From positions 33,075 through 97,074 of the forward strand of contig JAZKHD010000010.1 in assembly GCA_040385565.1 (NCBI GenBank): 64,000 nt of DNA, written 5' to 3'. The stretch is from Bacteroidota bacterium. GTDB lineage: Bacteria; Bacteroidota; Bacteroidia; Sphingobacteriales; Sphingobacteriaceae. Both the position numbers and the translations under genes were made by a program. How positions within the stretch are numbered: position 1 is the first letter of the stretch; every line of letters starts with the position of its first letter. Shown one piece after another: positions 1 through 8,049 of this stretch. The notes under the pieces are model-generated. The model saw only the letters and a list, made by a program, of their open reading frames with translations. It made no database searches and was not told where the DNA came from.

Positions 1-170
1 TTATCATCTCTAAAAGTCCTATCTGGATTTAGAGTAAGGTAATTTATGTGAGGTAATTTTAAGTCTATCCGAAAATCACCTTTTTGGAAAGGTTGAACGT
101 CGTTTTGAGCGCTGAGCGTTACCGTTCCAAAGAAAAATACTGCAGTAAGTAAGGCCAAATTCTTTTTCAT
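1..170 (-). CDS. hypothetical secreted protein, 5' fragment (gene continues beyond the left edge)
   Basis: Minus-strand ATG at 168-170. It translates MKKNLALLTAVFFFGTVTLSAQNDVQPF (signal-peptide-like) and stays open to the window edge. Not in the ORF track because it has no stop inside the window. Confidence 0.4.
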   Translation of the reverse strand, partial: MKKNLALLTAVFFFGTVTLSAQNDVQPFQKGDFRIDLKLPHINYLTLNPDRTFRDD

Positions 171-314
171 ATTTTGGTACATTAAAGCCATGATAAGCCT
201 TTCACGAAATTATATAAAAGAATGATGGAATTGAAAGATTCTATAAAACTGCGTTCAAAATGCAGGAAACAATTGAGGTGTGAGATGTGTTGTACTGATT
301 CAAAAACTATAAAT

Positions 315-767
315 ATGAAAACGACAACAGTTTTAAATGAGCTAACAGAAATTAATAATGATAGGGTTGAAGGATTCCAAAAGGCAATTGCTGACATCAA
401 CGAGGAAAATGTTGATTTAAAGGCGGTATTCCAGGAGTATAGTAACCAAAGCAGAAAGTTCAGCCAGGAGTTGGTTGCTCTAGTTGCGGGATCAGGTGAA
501 GATGCGGACACTGGAAATACAATTGCGGGAACATTACACCGGGCTTGGATTGATGTTAAAGCATTGTTTGGCGGCAGTGACCGCGTGAGTATTTTAAATG
601 AAGCAGAACGTGGTGAGGATGCTATCAAAGCAGCTTACAAACTTGCGCTGGAAAGAGGTGAACTTTCAGGTGAAGCATTAGAGACAGTTAGTCGCCAGGC
701 TCAGGATATCAATTCTGCCCACGATGCTATTAAGGCTTTGCGTGATGCAGCAAGGTTAGTAAGCTAA
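315..767 (+). CDS. PA2169/DUF2383-like ferritin-like four-helix-bundle protein
   Basis: ORF 222-767. LNELTEINNDRVEGFQKAI and AERGEDAIKAAY resemble the DUF2383 family (recalled from memory). I chose the internal ATG at 315 (MKTTTVLNEL) because the 31-aa Cys/Arg-rich extension looks non-native. Confidence 0.55.
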   Translation: MKTTTVLNELTEINNDRVEGFQKAIADINEENVDLKAVFQEYSNQSRKFSQELVALVAGSGEDADTGNTIAGTLHRAWIDVKALFGGSDRVSILNEAERGEDAIKAAYKLALERGELSGEALETVSRQAQDINSAHDAIKALRDAARLVS

Positions 768-783
768 TTGTATATCATAAATT

Positions 784-811
784 AAAAGCTGCCCCAGGGC
801 GGCTTTTTTTT
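784..811 (+). terminator. Rho-independent terminator
   Basis: aaaagctgcc-ccag-ggcggctttt hairpin followed by a T-run, immediately after the stop at 767. Confidence 0.7.
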
Positions 812-828
812 GTTTAAGAGAAAATACC

Positions 829-1281
829 ATGGAGACAAAACATATTGAAACGCAATTGCTGATTAGGGTGTCGGCAGAAAAAGTTTTTAATGCTTTCATA
901 GATCCTTCAATAACAACCAATTTCTGGTATACAAAGTCAAGTGGAAAGTTGGAAGCAGGGAAGACAGTTGTTTGGGAATGGGAAATGTATGGGGCAAAGG
1001 ATGAAGTTCAGGTCTTGGATGTCGATCCGGGAAAGACTATAAAAATTGTTTGGGGAGACCCTAAAAGTAAGGTCGACTTTACGTTTGAGGAATTTGCAAC
1101 TGACCAAACCTTAGTGAAAATTAAGTGCTACGATTTTGAACACCCGGAAGCAGATTTATTACCTACAATGCTTGATTACATTAGTGGTTTTACCACAGTA
1201 CTTGATGGTTTAAAAGCATACCTGGAACATGGCATAAATTTGAATTTGATAGCTGACAAATTTCCTGATAAGGCTAAATAA
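829..1281 (+). CDS. SRPBCC-superfamily protein (AHSA1/START-like)
   Basis: 150-aa ORF. The N-terminal pattern IRVSAEKVFNAFIDPSITTNFW and the size are typical of Activator-of-Hsp90-ATPase-homolog-like SRPBCC proteins. Confidence 0.55.
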   Translation: METKHIETQLLIRVSAEKVFNAFIDPSITTNFWYTKSSGKLEAGKTVVWEWEMYGAKDEVQVLDVDPGKTIKIVWGDPKSKVDFTFEEFATDQTLVKIKCYDFEHPEADLLPTMLDYISGFTTVLDGLKAYLEHGINLNLIADKFPDKAK

Positions 1282-1875
1282 CTACATTACGTCGTCAACC
1301 CCTTTGCCATCCAGTATTTTTGGGAGGTATTTTTCAATCCTTGCAACTCTTGTTTTGGCTTGCTTTGCGGCTGAAAAGTAAAGCAAATATCCCCTTTGTC
1401 TGCCTGGTGTTAATGATTCAAAAGCAGTTTTAACTTCAGGCATTTCATTTAATACCTCTCGGAACTCATCCGGTATTTCAAACGCTGCAGTTTTCTTTAG
1501 TTCATATTTAAGACCTGCTTTATCTATTGCTATGGCTGCTTCCAGGTAAGTTTTTATGATTGTTTCATTTTGGAGGATTTGATCAACGGTGGTAAAGCGA
1601 AGCTGCCTTGCAGACTGAACATTTTTTGTCTGTTGTACGAGCATTTCTGCCTCGTCATTGATTAGCGCTCCTTGCATAAATAACAAAGCGCAGTAGGTTT
1701 TAAAACCGTGTATAAGAACGATATTGTTTTTTTGCAGGTTGTAGCAGGGGCAGCCCCATTTCAATTCTTCATTTAGTCCACATTCGAGAACGATCCTTCT
1801 TAATTCTGAATACGCTTGCTGCCATTTTGTATCTTTATTAAAGAACCAGTCGACTTCTGGATTAAGATTTTCCAT
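1282..1875 (-). CDS. DUF1801 / YdeI (OmpD-associated) family protein
   Basis: 197-aa ORF. The C-terminal TPGRQRGYLLYFSAAKQAKTRVARIEKYLPKI is the characteristic YdeI-type tail. Confidence 0.6.
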   Translation of the reverse strand: MENLNPEVDWFFNKDTKWQQAYSELRRIVLECGLNEELKWGCPCYNLQKNNIVLIHGFKTYCALLFMQGALINDEAEMLVQQTKNVQSARQLRFTTVDQILQNETIIKTYLEAAIAIDKAGLKYELKKTAAFEIPDEFREVLNEMPEVKTAFESLTPGRQRGYLLYFSAAKQAKTRVARIEKYLPKILDGKGVDDVM

Positions 1876-1965
1876 TTTTAATTAGTACTTTGTAATAGAA
1901 TATTGTTGAACATAAGACAAATTTTTGTAAATAACGTTAAGCTGAAATAGCATAAGTCATAAACA

Positions 1966-2832
1966 ATGAAGATATCGGAATTTCTATTCAATAGACTTTT
2001 GTTTCTCCTACTTACTTCGACAACACTAGTTGTTAGTTCTCAAAGGATTTATGGGCAATCATGGCAGATCAGTTCATCACTGTATCAAAAATTTTCTAAG
2101 TCAACAATTTACATTGAAAGTGCATATAACAAAACAGGTTTTCTAAAAACAAGCATTGATACGCTTAAAGGAACCGGGTTCTTAATTTCTGATAAGGGTA
2201 AAATTTATCTGGTCACCGCCAGACAATTTTTACAAAGTACTGTGCTGGGAGAAAATAAGGGATTTCTGAATGATACCTTGTCTTTTACCGGGAGTCTTAA
2301 CCCAAAAGCTAAACTGTTTCGTTTTGGAGGTATGAATTCAGCTTCATCAAATAAAGGATCAATTGCATTCGATCAAGATTTGGATGGTTTTATAGTTCTA
2401 TCCCTACAAGATAAGCGGTTTCGACCGTTGTTGAAAAGATTGCTGGCCGATGGTTGTGTTCCTTTACAGCTGGCTATTTTCGATACGACAACTGCGCTGC
2501 AAAAATCTCAACAAGTTATGTTGTCTTTTTTTTTAAACTACAAAGATTCTTTTGGTTTTAAGGCCAGAATGCATGGGATATCACCGGGTACAACAACATC
2601 CATTGGGCATTCTTCTTTTTTTAGGATTAATTCGACCATACAACCTGGAAGTAGTGGTTCACCGGTATTCTTCAAAGAAAAACTTCTAGGTATGATTTTG
2701 CACGGTGATGAGGTAACTTCAAATGCTGAAGCGTTGAAGTACCCATATAAACAGTCGAAGTCCGCAACATGCATCAGGGCTAAAAATATATTGACTGCGC
2801 TGAGAATGCTCCAGGAGAAAGAAAGGGTATAA
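1966..2832 (+). CDS. secreted trypsin-fold (S1-like) protein, probably lacking the catalytic His
   Basis: 288-aa ORF with a hydrophobic N-terminus. GSSGSPVF serine-nucleophile motif at residues 228-235. GTGFLISDKGKIYLVTARQF aligns with the strand that normally ends in TNxHV, but no His occurs before residue 203. Confidence 0.6.
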   Translation: MKISEFLFNRLLFLLLTSTTLVVSSQRIYGQSWQISSSLYQKFSKSTIYIESAYNKTGFLKTSIDTLKGTGFLISDKGKIYLVTARQFLQSTVLGENKGFLNDTLSFTGSLNPKAKLFRFGGMNSASSNKGSIAFDQDLDGFIVLSLQDKRFRPLLKRLLADGCVPLQLAIFDTTTALQKSQQVMLSFFLNYKDSFGFKARMHGISPGTTTSIGHSSFFRINSTIQPGSSGSPVFFKEKLLGMILHGDEVTSNAEALKYPYKQSKSATCIRAKNILTALRMLQEKERV

Positions 2833-2853
2833 AATATTTGAGGTTTGGGCTCC

Positions 2854-3561
2854 TTATTTAACCCTTTGTCCGTTAACAGCAGGCACCCATTTATCTTTAT
2901 CACATTTTTCACAAATGTGTTTCGCCTTTGGCGTTAACTTAATCACGTTGCCGCAGAAGCAACAGGCATAATGCCCTGAGTTCTTGATTTCACAGCAGCC
3001 TTGTTCAAATAGATCAGGAAGTATGGGCAATCCCCATTTTACCTTCTCGTCAGGAAAATAGTATGCGCTAATTGCCCCAGAGGTTTCCAAAATAGCAGTT
3101 TCGACCTGGCCAAGATGCGAGATGCCATACTGCCGGAGCTCTGAAAAAAATTCATCATGTGCCAGTGCCTCTTTTGAGAAATCTTCTATAGAAAATTCAC
3201 CATCCTTGATGAGGTAGGTACACTTTCCTTCTACCAAATCATCAATTTTCGTGCTTTTGGCAGTGAGAAAAGTGGTTAAACGATAACAACCAACAATTAC
3301 AGCGAAAATAACTACCGGTACAAGCAGTCCGACCTCTTTGTAAAACATTGGATCGCCTGCGGCGGATCCTAGTGATATGATAACCACTAGTTCAAAAATC
3401 GACAATTGTTTTACGCCACGTTTTCCCAGTAAGCGCAGGCCTACAAGGATTATGATGTACATAACAAGCGTCCGCAACGCAATTTCTGCAAGGAATTCCC
3501 AGTCTTCTTCACCTATGAAAAAGCCTGGCCAATTGATGCTCAATAAATTAAAAGAGACCAC
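2854..3561 (-). CDS. DUF421 (YetF-like) membrane protein with an extra C-terminal Cys-rich zinc-ribbon-like domain
   Basis: 235-aa ORF with a GTG start at 3561. N-terminal TM helices and LLGKRGVKQLSIFELVVIISLGSAAGDP are typical of DUF421. The last ~60 aa carry 8 Cys (CC-x9-CCFC-x16-CEKC). Confidence 0.6.
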   Translation of the reverse strand: MVSFNLLSINWPGFFIGEEDWEFLAEIALRTLVMYIIILVGLRLLGKRGVKQLSIFELVVIISLGSAAGDPMFYKEVGLLVPVVIFAVIVGCYRLTTFLTAKSTKIDDLVEGKCTYLIKDGEFSIEDFSKEALAHDEFFSELRQYGISHLGQVETAILETSGAISAYYFPDEKVKWGLPILPDLFEQGCCEIKNSGHYACCFCGNVIKLTPKAKHICEKCDKDKWVPAVNGQRVK

Positions 3562-4132
3562 GCAGGGTTTGTATTGCCATTCTTAATCTGGTTTTAACCG
3601 TGCCAATAGGGATGTTTAATTCCTCAGCAGCTTCTGACTGCGTGTAACCTTCAAAGTAAATGAGGTCGAGAATTAGCTTTTGAGAACCTTTTATATGCTG
3701 TGTTAGTTGCCTGATGCCGATGTGGTCAGGATTATTTGAGGTGTTCCTGGCCTTGTCTGCTTCGATATGCAAATCATCCAGGTCATAATTCTTATTGCAA
3801 TTAATGTGCGCCCTGCTTCTGCACTGATCTATTGCACTATTTTTTGCAAGTCTGGCCATCCAGGTAAACAACCGACCCTTGCTGGGATCAAAGCTATCTA
3901 TATGTTTCCAAATTTTAACAAAGGTTTCCTGAAGAATGTCTTCAGCAACTTCGTTATCGCGAATAATTTTAGAGATGATTCCAAGCAGGGCTCCGGAATA
4001 CATGTTATAAACTTTAGTCAGCGAACGCTGATCACCAGAGCGCATTGCGCTTACCAATTCCATTTCTGTAGTATTAATGTGAAGTACAAGCGAAGCTGGG
4101 GGAGCGATGGAGTATTCAATTGCTGCGGACAT
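3548..4132 (-). CDS. ECF-type RNA polymerase sigma-70 factor
   Basis: 194-aa ORF with region 2 (AEDILQETFVKIWKHIDSFD) and a region 4 HTH (YTQSEAAEELNIPIGTVKTRLRMA). The start could instead be Met24 (4063). The 3' end overlaps the downstream DUF421 gene by 14 nt. Confidence 0.85.
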   Translation of the reverse strand: MSAAIEYSIAPPASLVLHINTTEMELVSAMRSGDQRSLTKVYNMYSGALLGIISKIIRDNEVAEDILQETFVKIWKHIDSFDPSKGRLFTWMARLAKNSAIDQCRSRAHINCNKNYDLDDLHIEADKARNTSNNPDHIGIRQLTQHIKGSQKLILDLIYFEGYTQSEAAEELNIPIGTVKTRLRMAIQTLRGLF

Positions 4133-4287
4133 GTTATTAATTGGATAATATTATACTTTAATTACACCCAGTTGCAATCTCTATACCAATAGGACAAAGC
4201 ATACAGTTTACACACTGAAGTTTTATTTTTTTATATATAGTGTATGCAAATTTGGTCGATATTTCTAAGTGCGACGAATTATACAAA

Positions 4288-4307
4288 AGCCGCCCATCCA
4301 GGCGGCT
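4288..4307 (-). terminator. orphan hairpin, terminator-like on the minus strand
   Basis: agccgcc-catcca-ggcggct gives a 7-bp GC-rich stem. On the minus strand it is followed by TTTTGTAT. It lies inside a divergent intergenic region. Confidence 0.35.
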
Positions 4308-4516
4308 AATATTTAGTAGTTCAGTGTTGTAAATGAATAGAACTGCATTAAAAACATGACGTTAACTGGTTTTGTTTCAGAATATCCATGTGGCATTTAC
4401 TGGTTTTTGAAAGTATAAATACGTGCTTGTGCAAAATATGCATGTCGTTCATTGCCGCCCAGATTTTTGGTATGACGATTGTAATCTCAAGGGTCTAACT
4501 AATAGTATAAGTAAGT

Positions 4517-5041
4517 ATGGAAAATATATCTCTGAACACAGAAATTTGTAATCACCGCTCTTGCCTTGAAGGGTTCGCAATGAAATTTACCAAGAATATA
4601 GAAGACGCCAATGATCTGGTTCAGGATACCATAATTAAAGCTATTCGTTATCATTATTTATATAAAGAAGGCACTAACTTACAGGGCTGGCTTTACACGA
4701 TTATGCGTAACACCTTTATTAACGACTACCGCAGGGTTGTAAAAAGACAATCTGTTATTGATACAACGGACGAATTGAATTCAGCACAGCTTTCTACCAG
4801 TGCAACCCGTAATCTCGGCGAAAATAAATTCGTTCAGCAAGACATAGACAAGGCGATGAATGCTTTGCCTCAGGAATATGCCGTGCCGTTCTTAAAATAT
4901 TTTGAGGGTTTTAAATATCATGAAATTGCTGATGAACTTAACATCCCGATAGGAACTGTTAAAACCAGGATCCATATGGCAAGGCAACTGTTGAAAAGCC
5001 AATTGAAAAACTACAGAAACAGCTATAAGCTATCGGCATAA
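4517..5041 (+). CDS. sigma-70 family RNA polymerase sigma factor (paralog of 51564-52097)
   Basis: 174-aa ORF with region 2 (DLVQDTIIKAIRY, WLYTIMRNTFINDYRR) and region 4 (YHEIADELNIPIGTVKTRIHMARQ). No adjacent anti-sigma gene. Confidence 0.85.
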   Translation: MENISLNTEICNHRSCLEGFAMKFTKNIEDANDLVQDTIIKAIRYHYLYKEGTNLQGWLYTIMRNTFINDYRRVVKRQSVIDTTDELNSAQLSTSATRNLGENKFVQQDIDKAMNALPQEYAVPFLKYFEGFKYHEIADELNIPIGTVKTRIHMARQLLKSQLKNYRNSYKLSA

Positions 5042-5062
5042 CAATGCCATCATTTATTTAAA

Positions 5063-5088
5063 GGTCGGGCAGGTTCCCGACCTTTTTT
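5063..5088 (+). terminator. Rho-independent terminator
   Basis: ggtcggg-caggtt-cccgacc hairpin followed by tttttt, 22 nt after the stop at 5041. Confidence 0.75.
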
Positions 5089-5188
5089 GTTTGATCCCAC
5101 CATTCATCCTCCGGATTCTGCAACTCGTCGGAATTAGCTATCAAAAAGGATCGGTCAGAAGCATCTTTGAATTAACAAAGCAAATGTT

Positions 5189-7327
5189 ATGAAAAAGATC
5201 ACCTTCCTCATTATCCTCTTCATCGGACTATCAAAAGCCAACGCCCAGACCAACATAACCGGAAAGGTTACACTCCCTAATGGAGAAATTGTTTTTGGAG
5301 CAAATGTTTCAATTGCAAATACTTACGATGGTGCTTCTACAGATACTGCAGGAAGGTTCAAATTTACCACGGCAGAAAGCGGCAGGCACTTGTTGAAATT
5401 TAGTGCGGTTGGCCATAAAGCAGACAGCCTTTGGATTAACCTTGACGGAAAGGCTTTGGTGTTCAATTTAACATTGAAAGAGATGGTAAATGAACTGAAT
5501 CAAATTACTATCAGTGCAGGTACACTGGAAACCGGTGATTATAAAAAGGGTGCTGTAATGAGCTCGCTTGATATAGCAACAACAGCTGGGGCCGTAGCTG
5601 ATATTGTTGCTGCTTTGCAAACCTTACCCGGTACAGCGCAGGCTTTCGGTGAAAACGGTCTTTTTGTTAGAGGAGGTTCCGGGGCCGAAACGCAAACCTA
5701 CTTTGATGGTATGGTGGTAAAAAATCCACTGGGTTCTCAGTTGCCAGATATGGCCAGCAGAAACCGTTTCTCGAACTTTCTTTTTAAAGGAACGACATTT
5801 TCTTCAGGTGGCTATTCCGCTCAGTATGGTCAGGCATTATCTGCGGCATTACTTATGGATACGAAAGATATGCCTGAAAAATCAACAACAGAATTGTCCC
5901 TTCTAAGTGTTGGACTCAGTGGCACAAAAACGATTAAGATGAAAAAAAGCGCATTGATATTTGGCGGTAACTATTACAACTTACAGCCTGTTTATTCAGT
6001 GGTAAAACAAAACATTAACTGGGATAAAGCTCCTGTAGAAGGGCAGGGTAGTATACAATACAAGTTGCAGCCTACTAAAAATGGCATGTTTAAATTCTTT
6101 GGTCAATATAGCAATACCGATGTGGCCCTGCAAACTGGTGCAGCCGAAAACTTAACGCTTGTTACCAATAGTAACAACAACTATTATTTTAACACCACAT
6201 ACCAGGATTACCTTTCCACTAACTGGAAATTGCAAGCTGGGGCATCCTATAGCCGCAGTCGCGAAAATGGCGGTATTGCTCAAAACATCTATTCTCGTTT
6301 TGATGAATTAAGTCAGGGACGCTTAAATGTTAACAGATATTTCAACGGTCGCTCACTGATTAGGGCAGGAGCTGAGGTTTATTACGGAACAAGAACGGAA
6401 GGATTTAATGCGCTATCGAGAGGGTTTAACAATAATATGCAGGCTATCTTCAGCGAAGGGGAATTTTACTTTGGGGATGCGGTGGTTGCCCGTGCCGGTT
6501 TGAGGGCCGAGCATGGATCGTATTTACAGGAATGGAATATTGCACCAAGGCTTTCGTTAGGTTTGAAAGCTGGTAAACGCGGACAAGTATCATTAGCCTA
6601 CGGCACCTTTTACCAAAATCCTGACGACGCCTATTTAGTTCAGAATAAGAACCTGGAATTCGAAAAAGCTGACCACTACCTTTTGAATTATCAATACCTA
6701 AGCGAAGGCATTACCTTCAGAACGGAAGCTTACTACAAAAGTTATTCATCATTAACGAAGTATGATTTCAATGGCTACGCCGGAAGCTTTGGGGTTAACA
6801 ATTACACCAACCTAAACAATAGTGGTAAAGGATATTCCAAAGGAGTAGATGTATTTTTCAGAGATAAAAAGAGCATACCGGTTGGGGATTACTGGGTGTC
6901 CTATTCTTTGGTAGACACAAAAAGGGATTTCAGGAATTACCCGGTTTTAGCCACACCCCCATTTGCAGCTAAACATACCCTGAACATCGTATATAAACAA
7001 TATATTCCTTACATCAAATCGGAAATAGGTACTACATATTCTTACAGTAGCGGCAGAACCTATTATAATCCAAACAACGCAGGTTTTCTGGCAGACAAAA
7101 CCAGGAGCTTTCAAAACCTCAGCTTAAATCTAAGTTACCTAACGACGGTATTTAAGCAATTTGCAATACTACATGTGTCCGCTACTAATTTGCCGGGATT
7201 TAGAAATACTTACGGATACAACTATAGTGCAGATGGCGCTAGTCGCCAGGCGGTTGGCCCTGCTTCAAAACGAAACTTTTTTGTTGGTCTGATTGTGACG
7301 ATTGGCGATAATACTTTCAACAGATAA
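5189..7327 (+). CDS. TonB-dependent outer-membrane receptor with a CarboxypepD_reg-like N-terminal domain
   Basis: 712-aa ORF with signal peptide MKKITFLIILFIGLSKANAQ. GKVTLPNGEIVFGANVSI is a carboxypeptidase-regulatory-like fold. LQTLPGTAQAFGENGLFVRGG is the plug region. The rest is a long beta-rich C-terminus. Confidence 0.8.
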   Translation: MKKITFLIILFIGLSKANAQTNITGKVTLPNGEIVFGANVSIANTYDGASTDTAGRFKFTTAESGRHLLKFSAVGHKADSLWINLDGKALVFNLTLKEMVNELNQITISAGTLETGDYKKGAVMSSLDIATTAGAVADIVAALQTLPGTAQAFGENGLFVRGGSGAETQTYFDGMVVKNPLGSQLPDMASRNRFSNFLFKGTTFSSGGYSAQYGQALSAALLMDTKDMPEKSTTELSLLSVGLSGTKTIKMKKSALIFGGNYYNLQPVYSVVKQNINWDKAPVEGQGSIQYKLQPTKNGMFKFFGQYSNTDVALQTGAAENLTLVTNSNNNYYFNTTYQDYLSTNWKLQAGASYSRSRENGGIAQNIYSRFDELSQGRLNVNRYFNGRSLIRAGAEVYYGTRTEGFNALSRGFNNNMQAIFSEGEFYFGDAVVARAGLRAEHGSYLQEWNIAPRLSLGLKAGKRGQVSLAYGTFYQNPDDAYLVQNKNLEFEKADHYLLNYQYLSEGITFRTEAYYKSYSSLTKYDFNGYAGSFGVNNYTNLNNSGKGYSKGVDVFFRDKKSIPVGDYWVSYSLVDTKRDFRNYPVLATPPFAAKHTLNIVYKQYIPYIKSEIGTTYSYSSGRTYYNPNNAGFLADKTRSFQNLSLNLSYLTTVFKQFAILHVSATNLPGFRNTYGYNYSADGASRQAVGPASKRNFFVGLIVTIGDNTFNR

Positions 7328-7365
7328 TCTATTTATTTAAAAATTTAACCTTAAACCATAACATC

Positions 7366-8007
7366 ATGAAAACTATCAAATTATTAACCCTGCTTATTTT
7401 ACTTTCTTTAAAAGGATTTACTCAAACATCTGATAAACTAACTGCCGCCCTGCAAAAAGGGTTGGTAATGATAGACAGTGCTAAAGGAGACCAGGATTAC
7501 GGTAATGCGGCAAACTATTTTGAGCGTATTGCAACTGCTGAACAAAACCAATGGCTGCCGCAATATTACACAGCATTTTGTCAGCTGCATACTGCGATGA
7601 TTGGAAAGCAGACTACTGAAATAAAGGATGCGCTATATGATAAAGCGCTGGTATTTGTGGCTAAGGCTGACGAATTGAGCCCAAATAACTCAGAAGTTTA
7701 TGCGCTTAAAGGATACATTATATTTATGAAAATGTCTTTATCCCCTCAGGCACGGGCTATGACGATGATCCCTCAAGCGGGCTCACTTATAGGTAAAGCC
7801 ATTGCATTAAACCCTGAAAATCCAAGGGCATATTTACTAATGGGACAAAACACTTTCTATACACCTGAAGCATTTGGTGGTGGTAAGCTCAAAGCAAAAC
7901 CAACACTTGAAACGGCAAAAGCAAAGTTCGATGCAGAAAAGGCAACAGGCTTAAATCCATCGTGGGGCAAATCACGCTGCGCAGCGCTCTTGCAACAAAG
8001 CATTTAA
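7366..8007 (+). CDS. secreted helical-repeat (TPR-like) protein, function unknown
   Basis: 213-aa ORF with a signal peptide. The sequence is helical and Ala/Lys-rich with TPR-like segments (NSEVYALKGYIIF, NPRAYLLMGQN). Confidence 0.4.
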   Translation: MKTIKLLTLLILLSLKGFTQTSDKLTAALQKGLVMIDSAKGDQDYGNAANYFERIATAEQNQWLPQYYTAFCQLHTAMIGKQTTEIKDALYDKALVFVAKADELSPNNSEVYALKGYIIFMKMSLSPQARAMTMIPQAGSLIGKAIALNPENPRAYLLMGQNTFYTPEAFGGGKLKAKPTLETAKAKFDAEKATGLNPSWGKSRCAALLQQSI

Positions 8008-8049
8008 TACCATAAATTGACCCTTGTAGTATACCCACAATAAAATAAA

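Noticed and set aside
182-628. Antisense or overlapping ORFs in the supplied track. Examples: 182-628(-), 2538-2912(-), 3377-3586(+), 3767-4192(+), 8167-8475(-), 10975-11316(+), 13221-13547(-), 17356-17754(-), 24324-24713(-), 28072-28410(-), 30596-30988(+), 35645-35920(-), 45239-45781(-), 53509-53907(+), 59727-60020(-), 60899-61120(+).
   Set aside because: Each lies entirely inside, and opposite to or out of frame with, a longer ORF carrying clear family motifs. Their translations are low-complexity or Cys/Arg/Phe-rich with no recognisable domains. I treat them as shadow ORFs.
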